Assembly: GCF_009834535.1 (NCBI RefSeq)
Contig: NC_045696.1
Location: forward strand, 31,560,001-31,624,000
From: Camelus ferus
Taxonomy: Eukaryota
Length of the DNA: 64,000 nt
Reading direction: 5' to 3'
The notes beneath the pieces are model-generated. The model made no database searches, was not told where the DNA came from, and worked only from the letters and a program-made list of their open reading frames with translations. Positions within the stretch are counted from its first letter, which is position 1. Each line of letters opens with the position of its first letter. This document shows positions 1 through 10,150 of this stretch, one piece after another. The position numbers and the translations under genes are program-made.

Positions 1-184
1 AAAGGCATGATCCCTTATCAGCCCCAAGGTTCCTGCTTTTCTTTCTCTGCCCAAGGATCACTACTGCTTACATGATGTGTGGTTTCCTGCATTTGGCCTG
101 TGCCCCTCCTTTCTGCCCAGTTTCTGCCATTTGGTCTGTGTCCCCCTTTCTCTGCTCATATCTAGCTATCTACCTGCTCTAACA
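1..184 (-). mobile_element. ERV1-type LTR, 5' end (MER50-like), running off the window start
   Basis: Reverse complement begins TGTTAGAGCAGGTAGATAGCTAGATATGAGCAG, resembling the MER50 LTR start. It contains a U3-like tandem repeat (CATTTGGCCTGTGCCCC / CATTTGGTCTGTGTCCCC). Confidence 0.7.
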
Positions 185-1006
185 ATTCCATTTTTAAACC
201 TGAGTGATAGTCTCTTATAAACTGACCATACCATATCTGTGTAAGCAATTCCATTTGAAATAATTTATAGAATAGGTTCCCTTGTTTGGATTTTATGTAA
301 AATTTGATCTCATATTTGGAACTTGAAAATTTTCTTTATTTTAGCTTCATTAAAAAAAAAATCAATTGATGTTTGCCTTTGCACAACTACCAAACTAGAA
401 ACTCTTAACTTATCTCCCAGAACTGTACTACAATATCTTGTGTGTTTTAATTTGTTTGCTTATTTGCTGTTTATTTTTTTAGGTTATATTTTTCAACAAA
501 GAAATGAATGCAGTTGCTAAAACTAAATATTAAAATACCTTTAGTGAAATGTGTTGACCACAATTCCACTCTTCCTCAACTCTGTAGAAAAGTATTTTTA
601 CCTGTTTCTGCTGAAGCATCTTTGAAGGTTATATCCATATTTCTGAATTATGTTCATATCACCCACTATTTTTAATGTATTAGCTATAGCCATTATCTAT
701 TGATCTTCTCTATACAGAAGGTGGGAATCTGTACTTCATCCTCCTCTGCTCCTCATTCCATGTTTTAACTTATTAATTCTTTTCTTATACACAAATATAC
801 TTCCTCAAAAGTTAATTTTGATTCACAACAGTTTATCTGTAATGTAATCATTTATTAGAATGTAAAGTCACTGACAGATTTGTTAACACTATGCTAGGTG
901 TCATCACATTAAAATTTAAAAGGTTTCAACTTCGGCTTCTGAGAGCTACCAATCTATACCACACACTTTCATGGTGAGAGCAGTAAAAACCAGTTTATAT
1001 TGCATA

Positions 1007-2145
1007 TGTGGAGGAGAAAAACTTGTTGTGGAGCCAGCTGGCACTCTCTAGAGTCATAAAACCCCCACCCCTGGGTTCTGCCTGGAGCCTGTTGACACCT
1101 TAACCCCCACTCCCCACTGCAGGACCCTTCGCATACCTGCATTTCTGCAAGATATAAAACATCTTCTTTTGATGTGTGTTTACCCTAACAAAAGTCATTG
1201 CCTCAGGAGATAGCCTGTCTCACAATACCCCACTTGGACAGGCCTCACATTCTGCCCTTATCAGAGTTGTAAAACCTATTGTTCAGAGAGGTCCCTGACA
1301 GATCTTACAAGCAATCAGGGACCCATGCAGGAATTACTCATGCAGCCTCCTACTCCTCGTGTGCACAGGCCCCTCCCCACAACAAAAGACCCTGCACACC
1401 CACCCACCGGGCTCACACAGGCACCTCTGACCCTTCTCGCCCGTGTGGCCCGCTGTTGTCTGTAGCAGCGTCCTGGTGTTTGCGCTTGCACCGCTCATCT
1501 GTGTGGCCCGCTGTTGCCTATAGCAGTGTACCTATTAAACTTTCCTAACTTTTCCTAGTCTCTGGTAATTCTTTACCAACCCACGTCACCGTCACCATGG
1601 GTGACCACAACACTTGTCACCCCAAAATGTTTGTTTGGCGTGCAGGTTATTTCAAACTGAAAATAACCAAGACCCAAAAAACTCAGGAAGAAACTTTGAC
1701 TTCTTTCTTAACTGTCTAAAGAACGTAGATAGAGGACCTATTCCAGGAAGGGAGCTATCACTATAGATACCTTAAGTATAGACTAGCTGTGGCAGATAGG
1801 GAGCAAAGTCTGTTAAAATTCCTCTCTTGGTCCAATTGTCCCTGCAAGGCCCAACAAACATTTGTTTACCAAACGTTTGTTTTTCTATCTCCATGTTAAT
1901 TGCCCTTCTCCTCTTTGAAGTCTCAAACAATTACCCTCAACATCCTCTATTGTCTAGCTGAGGATGGTATGTAAAGTGAGGGTTTCAGCCATTTTATGGA
2001 GTTACTCAGTTCTCCTATTTCTCTCCCATATATACATGTTATTAAGCTTTTATTTTATTTTCTCTTGTTAATCTGTCTCATGGCAGTTTAATTCTTAGAC
2101 CAGTCAGAAGAACCTAGAGGGTAGAGGAAAACTTCTTCCCCAACA
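1007..2145 (+). mobile_element. ERV1 solo LTR (MER34/MER39-like), split by a nested LTR
   Basis: TG...CA termini. Removing 1027-1617 restores TGTGGAGGAGAAAAACTTGTCACCCCAAAATG, a MER34-like start. The 3' end reads GAAGAACCTAGAGGGTAGAGGAAAACTTCTTCCCCAACA. Flanks are CATA/GATA, an imperfect 4-bp TSD. Confidence 0.75.
1027..1612 (+). mobile_element. Younger solo LTR nested in the MER34-like LTR
   Basis: TGTGG...CACAACA termini with a perfect CTTGT duplication (1022-1026 / 1613-1617). ATTAAA signal near 1535, internal repeat GTGTGGCCCGCTGTTG x2, and retained CpGs. Confidence 0.85.
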
Positions 2146-2155
2146 GATACATATT

Positions 2156-2634
2156 TGTGAATAAAAAATACTGCAGACTGTATCAGTAAACAAAGAATGC
2201 TGAAGCCATCAAGTCACCAGCCGCTGCCACCATCCCCCAGTGAAGACAAGCTTGCAGCCCAGCTGCTGCAGCCACTCACAATGGTGCACCCCGACGGGAC
2301 TTAGAATAAGAAAGGACAAGACACTGGCCCTAGATAGCTAGGTGCTTGTCAAGGGAATGAATTCAGTGAGCCCAAATGTTTGCTTCCTCCAATACAAGGA
2401 AAAGCACTAAATTCTTTAACTTGAGATGGCTGGTTTTCTTTAGATAACAAGTAATCTTTTAATGTTCCAACTACCTGGTCTTTGTTGTAAAGCTCCTATA
2501 TATCCTAGCTCCTCCCCTACCTCTTCGGAGCAGTCCCTCAGAGTGATCTGAGGGCCTGTCATCCTGGCTCTAGTCCTCCCGCCAAATAAAACATAACTCT
2601 TAACTTTTAGGCTGAGTATTTATTTCAGTCAACA
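2156..2634 (+). mobile_element. ERV1 solo LTR (cetartiodactyl MER41-like)
   Basis: TGTGA...TTTCAGTCAACA termini, TATA-like CCTATATATCC near 2496, AATAAA at 2585 followed by ACATAACTCTTAACTTTTAGG. Flanks are TATT/TATG. Confidence 0.75.
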
Positions 2635-3084
2635 TATGAATGACTGTAAGGTATAGATTTGTGAATGATTCTGAGGCTATGGAATTTATAAATATAATTT
2701 TAGGTTAGAAGTCACTTTTCTATAGCACAGTTACATTTGATGAGCAGTTGGTATTTTTAATAATTCTGCCTCATTGGAAATGATTTTTAAATCCCCAAAT
2801 AGTCTAGTCTTCATCAATTTTGATTTTGCAGTTTATTGGTTTTTGTTTGGTTGTTTGTTTTCTATTTCACATTTTAATGTAAATGTCTTAATTCTAAACT
2901 AGTAAAATGTTATTTTTTTTTAATAAAGTTGTCTTTCCAGACAATTCTCTTTACCAAGCTTACCAAATATACACTAATTCTCATATTCTCTCCTTTGGCC
3001 TTGTCTAATCTTTACAAACAGCAACCTGTTAAAGGGGGATTGTGGTGAGAGAAGCAGATGATTTTTAATTGTCTCATTTACTAC

Positions 3085-3695
3085 TGAGACAGGAAGGGGG
3101 CAGGGCACAGCCATTCAAGGAATAACACAGCAATTAACATGAGAATGGCAAAAGATTCACCCCCAGTAGGCCTTCAGGCTCAAGATGGTGGGAAATTTGC
3201 CTTCTAGTAGAACTTGAGCTTCATTATATGCCCACTGTAATATATTACCATGGTGAATAACATGCCCACAGGTACCATATCAGTCCCAAGGCTAGTCACA
3301 AAAGGTCAAAGAGTGGGAAATGGCCAACTTCCTGGGAATCCCAGCCCCTTACCCAGACTGGTCCTTACACTTATTAGCATATGAAGCTACATACAGGAGC
3401 CCATAAAAACTGTCAACACAGTGCTTCACTGCTGCCTCTCTCTCCCTCCTCTTCAGAGACAGCCCACACTCTGTCTATGGAGTGTGCACCTACCTTTACT
3501 CTAATCTGAGCACCCAACTCCCATACCTCATGGCCTTTCTTTTGTCTTTTGATGTAACTATCTTTACTCAACTGTGGCATGCTCTTGAATCCTTTCCTGA
3601 GTGAAGCCAAGGACCCACATTTGGCGGGCCATGTCCCAAGGGCTCAACCAAGGTTTGGGACACAGCCTTCCTCAAGCCCCACATCACCTACATCA
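3085..3695 (+). mobile_element. ERV1-type solo LTR, 611 bp
   Basis: TGAGACAGG...CATCA termini with a perfect 4-bp TSD CTAC (3081-3084 / 3696-3699). CCCATAAAAAC TATA-like box near 3400 and CTCTTGAATCCTTTCCTG...GAAGCCAAGGACCC U5-like block. Confidence 0.85.
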
Positions 3696-6600
3696 CTACC
3701 ATAATTCATCTTCTCAAACCCAATGCTCAGAAACATAATTAGTGTTAATCCAACACTCCCCCTTTCTTTGCCTTTCTCTCCCTCTCCCATACCCTCTCCC
3801 TCTCTTTTTCTCTCTCCTCTGTCTATCTATCTTTAGGTATGTCTCTCCCTCTTCAGCACCCACTCTGTCTAATTCTGTCTCTTTTCTTTATAAATGTTCA
3901 CACTAAAGTAAACAATCCTACATATGAGTAATATTTTTAGAGGTCTGTTGAATTTTGAACCCATAAATACATGTTTTATTCCAAACCACTATTTGGAGCA
4001 TATTATAAGTTACTGATTTATTTACTTTTGTAATAGAAATTCAGTTAAAAATAACAGAGTTGAAACTCTAGTGGAAGATAAGGCTATGCTAACAGCTTCA
4101 TGTTTAAAGTTGGCTTTCTTTTCTTTTACACAGCATGACCATACCTTTCAAATGCATTTTGCTTTTGGCAATGCCAACTTTTAGCTTTCACTTCTGATTA
4201 AAAATCATGTGTCCCTTGTGTATATGTGTCAGTATACTTCATGAGAATAGTCGAGAAACATAGCTCCTATTTATATTTCATTTGATCATTTTCTCTTTCC
4301 TGAATAATTTTGTTGGAAATTCCAGAGAGTAGGAAACTTAACAAACTTTTATTTTATATATTTCAACACATTTTGGATCTGGATTATCCTTTTCTGCTTT
4401 TGATAAATGTGTAGATGTTTTATAATAAATGTCTTTACTCACTAGCAAAAATATCTTAATTAGTGCTTTAGAATAAATTTTGTTTTATAAAAAATTTTCT
4501 CTGTGTCCCCAATAACACACAGATGATTTCTCTTACTGTACAAATGCAAAAATGAAAAATAGTGAAAAGGGAAAAAGTTATTCTACTGCATATTTCATTA
4601 TTCTAAAAAAACTTCTGAGTATATCACTGATATGAAATACCTCCCTCACCTTTTTAAGGGGAACAATGGAAACATTTTTAAGCTTTAAAAAATATCAAGG
4701 ATATGTTATTTAATTAAATTTAAATAATTTTTCATAAACAAAATGTTTAAAACCTTGGTAATATGATCATGAAAAAATAAAAATTTCCATTTAGGCCCAT
4801 ATGGAACTAAATTTTACGAAGTAGAATACAAATCTTTAATTCTATTACTTCAATTTTTAAAACTTTGATTCTACTTATAATTAAAACTTCATTTTACTGT
4901 AAGCAGTTTTCTTAGCTCAATGCTTCAGGTTGTCAAAGGGATTAGAAGCTCTTTCTTTGCTTACTCTTAGGCTCAAGGAAAATTATCTATATTTATCATT
5001 CTTTGTTAAAGAAATGTATATAGAATTCCAGTTCAAAATGAAGACAAGGAAGATCCTGAACTCAGCTCCTCTCACAGACTCACTGAACTTACAGCTCTTT
5101 ACGGAATGATTTCCTCTGGATTAAAACCTAAAAACTGAAAAAACAATTCTTTCACATTGGGCAAATGAGAGAGAAACCACATCAAAGCAGGTAGAAAAGG
5201 CTGAGACACAGTTTTGCCATAAACCCCATGCCTGGCACAATGGGCTACTCACAATCAGAAGGGAACTCAAAACTTGGGGTTTCTCCCTGAAGAATAAGGA
5301 GTTTATACTCCACATCAGGCACCCCAACTCTTAAGACTGGCACCTGACAGACAAGCCCCCTAAACATCTGTCTTTGGAGACCAATGAGGCTTGTGCCCTT
5401 ACGACCTATGGGCCTCTGGTGTTCTGAAAAAGCATTCTTAAAGGGCTCCTGCACAGACTCACCTGTCCCAAAGCCAGCACAGAAGCAGTCTTTTGGAAAA
5501 CACCCAGATCTTATGTAAAAGGGAACCATTTCCAATTTCTAAAGTGTTGGTCTAGGGGGTAGGGGCCTTCTGGGATACTCTCTGGGGATGGATGCTGGTG
5601 GGTGCCATCTTTTTGCTCTCCTGACTTGCTAAAACTAGTGAGCATCAGCTTTTTTGTTGTTGTTGCTGCTGTTTCAGTGGAAGTCATTTTTTCTTCAGCC
5701 AGCAGGCACCATCTTCCATGCTCTCCCCTTGAGAAAGCTGGCAAATGTAACATTTTTTTCCCTTTTCTTTTTTTTTTTTTCTTTCCTTAAAAAAAAAAAT
5801 TATCTATTTTCTCCTTTTATTTTTTCTTAGTTTTTTTTTTTTTTTCTTCTTCTTTTTTTCAGCAGGTGCCATCTTTGGACGCCATCTCTGCCTTGCTAGC
5901 CCACAGGGTGCCATATTTGTACTCTCCCCCTGCCAAGTTCCAGGGCTTAAGTTTATTCCAGAAAGAGGCTTCTTTACATGTCTGGTGCCTCAGTTATATG
6001 TCTGGTGACCCAGATTTTGCAGCTGCCACCCAGAGGGCCCTTGATCACCGGGGGGGCCAGGGGTGAGCTTGCATTCCTGGGTCCCACAAGACTAACTGAG
6101 AGAAAGTTCTTGGTGGGCTACTACCCTCAAGCCACTGCACAGGCAGCAAACTGAAATATATCCTCAGCCTTTTGTGAAAGAGACCTCCTTGATAGTCCTG
6201 GAGTTTCAGACTTAGGGGCAGGTTTCATGTATGATAAACATCTAGAGGCTACAAAGGTGCTCTCAGGGAATGTAGGCTGCGGGATGCCATCTTTGCACTC
6301 ACACTCTGCCTCACTACTACTCACCTGTGTCCTCCAGAGAAGACTGACCTTATACACTTATCTAGAGTTCTAATAGAGTTCTAATTTCTTGACTGCTGCC
6401 TAGGGAACACCACTAGATCACATGGCTCTGGGATCCAGCAAGGTTTACACTTGTCTGTTCCATAAGACTGTACATGTTTCCATTCTTTAAAAGCTGTTAT
6501 CCATCAGTCTGAATCTAGGTGCTGACCAAGATCCTCCCCTTTGGACACTGAATGGTCTTCACACACCCTGAACTGCCGGCAACTATTAAAAATAAAATGA

Positions 6601-6737
6601 ATCATTTGAGAGATGACTAAGACTTAGGACAGGGTTGAAATATATGGTTCATCTCCTAAATAAGACCAAACTTTCAAGATTGAGAGAGGTGGTTGTTTCA
6701 TCTATTACTTAGAAACCAACACAGAGAGTCCAGAAAC

Positions 6738-7645
6738 ATGAAGAAACAGAGGAACATGTATCAAATGAAAGAACAAGATAAGACCTCGGAGGTGGAGGGG
6801 GCACTTAATGAAACAGAGATAAGTGATTTAACTAGTACCATTCAAAGTAATGGTCATAAAGATGCTCAGTGAACTCAGGAGAAGAATGAATAAGCACAGA
6901 GAGAACTTGAAAAAATAATTAAAAAAAAAAAAAAAGAAAGTTCCAAACAAAAGTCACAGAGCTGAAGAATACAATTTCTGAACTAACAAATACACTACAG
7001 GGATTCAATAACAGATTAGAAGAAACAAAGAAAGGATCAGTGAACTCAAAGACAAGGCACAGAAACTCATACAATCAGAGCAGTAAAAAGAAAAAAGAAT
7101 TTTAAAAAGTGAAGATACTTAAGGGGCTTACAGGACAATCTCAAGCAGACTAACATTCACATTATATGAGTCCCAGAATAAGAAGAGAGAGGGAAAGTAG
7201 TAGAAAATTTATTTAAAGAAATAATGGCTGAAAACTTCCCTAACCTGGGGAAGGAAACAAACATCCAGACCCAAGAAGTTAAGAGTTTTCCAACTAGGAG
7301 GAACCCAAAGAGATCCACACCAAGACACACTATAATTAAAGTTAAAAAAAATTGAAGACAAAGAGATTAACTAGCAACAAGAGAAAAACAACTTATTTAC
7401 AAGGAAACCCCTATAAGACTATAAGCAAATTTTTCAGCAGAAATCTTGCAGGCCAGGAGGGAGTTGCACAATATATTCAAAGTGATGAATGAAAAAAAAA
7501 AAAAGTGCCAACCAAGAATACTGTACCTAGCAACGCTATCACTCAGAATTGAAGGCAAGATAGTGTTTTACATATAAGCAAAGCCTAAAGGAGTTCATCA
7601 CCATTAAATTTGCCTTAAAAGAAATATTAAAAGAACTTTTTAAGC
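6738..7645 (+). pseudogene. L1 ORF1 remnant, frameshifted with stops
   Basis: ATG at 6738 gives MKKQRNMYQMKEQDKTS...LNETEISDL. Downstream blocks ATAATGGCTGAAAACTTCCCTAACCTGGG and CCAAGACACACTATAATTAAA are typical L1 ORF1 sequence. Confidence 0.85.
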
Positions 7646-8131
7646 TGAAAAGAAAGGGCACTAATTAGTAACAAGAAAGCACATGGAAGTATAAATATCA
7701 TTGGTAAAAGGAAATATATGTAAAGGTAAGAGAATAATCACTTATAAAGCTAGTATAAAGGTTAAAAGGAAAAAGTAGTAAAAAAAAATAACTAAAGCTA
7801 CAATAATTAGTTAAGGAATACAAAAGATAAAAAGATGTAAAATGTGACATCAAAAACATAAAATATGTGTGTGTGGGAGAGCAAAAATGTAAAATTTTAT
7901 AATGCATTCAAACTTAATTTGCTACCAATATAAAGTAGACCATTATAAATATAAGTTCTTGTATGTAAGTCAACGGTACTTACAAAGCAAAAAGTTATGG
8001 TAGATACACAAAAGATAATCAGAAAGGAATCTAAGCATATCATTAAGGAAAGTCATCAAACCACAAAGGAAGAGAACAAAAGAAAAAAGAGAACAGAGGA
8101 ACTACAAAACATCCAGAAAACAATTAAGAAA

Positions 8132-10150
8132 ATGGCAATAAGTACATACCTATCAATAATTACTCTAAATGTAAATGAACTAAATTTCCAAATTAAAATA
8201 CATAAAATGGCTAAATGGATTAAAAAAAAGACATAGCTATATTTTCAGATATGGTTTAACATCTGCTATTAAATTAATGTGATATACCACATTAACAAAA
8301 TGAAGAGGAAAATCATATGATCATCTCAATAGATGCAAAAAAGTATTTGACAGAATTCAACATCCATTTATGATAAAATTACTCAACAAAGTGAGTAAGA
8401 AGGAAATGTACCTCCACATAATAAAGACTATATATGACTATTTCACAACTAAAATCATACTCAATGGTGAAGAGCTTAAAGCTTTTCCGCTGAGATCAGT
8501 AACAAGACAAGGATGCCCATTCTCACTGCTTTTATTCAGTACAGTATCAGAAGTCCTAGCCAGAGTAATTAAGCAAGCCAAAAAGGAAAAAAAAAAAAAA
8601 AAAAAAAAAAAAGGCTTCCAAACTGGAAAGGAAAAAGTAAAACTGTCACTATTTGGAGATGACATGATACTAAATATATAGAAAACCCTAAAGAGTCCAC
8701 CCAAAAAATGTTAGAACTAACAATTGTTAGAATAAACAAATTCACTAAAGTTGCAGGATACAAAATCAATATATAGAAATCTATTGCATTTCTATACACT
8801 AATAACAAATTATCTGAAAAAGAGATTTTTACAAATCCATTTATAATTATATCAAAAAAACAATAAAAGACAAATAAATTTAATGAAGATGGTAAAAGAT
8901 CTGTACCCTGAAAACTATAACATGATATGAAAGAAATCTAAAAAGACACAAGTGAAAATACATTTTGTGCTCATGGACTGAAAGAATAAATATTGTTAAA
9001 ATGTCCATACTACCAAAAGCAATCTACAGATTCAGTGCAATCACTATCAAAATTCCAAAGGTATTTTTCATAGAATTGGTAAAAATAATCCTAAAATGTG
9101 TATGGAACAACAAAATACCTCAAAAAAGACTAAAAATCTTGAGAAAAAGAAAAGCTGGAGGCATCATACTCCCTGATTTCAAATTATATCACAAAGTTAT
9201 AATAATCAAAATAGTATGATATTGGCATAAAAACAGACTATACAGATCAATGGAACAGATACAGAGCCTGGAAATAAACCCATTCAATATGGCTAATAAC
9301 TTTACTACATAGGGGCTAACAATATACAGTGGGGAAAGAACATTCTCTTCAGTAAATGGTGCTGGGAAAGCTGGACAAAAGAATGAAACTGGATCACAAT
9401 TGTACAACATATACAAATATTAACTCAAAATAGATTAAAGACTTGATTGTAAGACCTGAGAAGATAAAATTATTAAAAGAAAACATAAGCGATAAACTCC
9501 CTGACATAGGTCTTGGTGTTGATTTTTTGTACTTGCTAACCAAAAGCAAAGGGAACAAAAGCAAAAGTCATAAAGAGGGACTACCTCAAACTAAAAGTTT
9601 ATGCACAACAAAGGAAACCATCAACAAAATGAAAAGGTAACCTACTGAATGAGAGAAAATATTTGCAAACTATGCATATGATAAGGAATTAATATCTAAA
9701 ATATATAAAAGATTCATGTGATAATATGAGAAAATAAAAAATGTCATTTAAAAATGGGCAGAGGATCTGGATGTAAAGAAAAGAGATTTCTTGTGCTCTG
9801 TTGCTTGGAATGTAAATTAGTGCAGCCACTATGGAAAATAGTATGGAGTTTTCCAAAAAATTAAAAATAGAACTACTACATGATCCAGAAATTCCATTTC
9901 CCACTTCTGGGTATTTAACCAAAGGAAATGAAAATACTAATTTGAAAACATATACACCCCAGTGTTCATTATAGCACTAAGTATAATATCTAAGATATGA
10001 AAGTAACCTAAGTATCTATCATTGGATGAATGGACAAAGAAGATGTGGTGTATATACATATATATATATACACACACACAATGACATATTATTCAGCCAT
10101 AAAAAAGAACAAAATTTTGCCATTTGCAACAATATGGATGGAGCTGGGGG
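8132..10150 (+). pseudogene. L1 ORF2 remnant (endonuclease N-terminus, reverse transcriptase, C-terminus), disrupted
   Basis: MAISTYLSIITLNVN (EN start). ORF-track fragments include [27 protein letters not shown] (FADD motif) and [17 protein letters not shown]. Many stops, frameshifts and two internal deletions. Confidence 0.9.

Noticed and set aside
5005..5025. TSD for the large L1 (AAGAAATGTATATAG versus AAGGAAAAACATATATG near 10637)
   Set aside because: Too degenerate in an A-rich context to call.
7997..9640. ORF-track ORFs with RT-like motifs as functional CDS
   Set aside because: They are short fragments of a frameshifted, deleted L1 ORF2.
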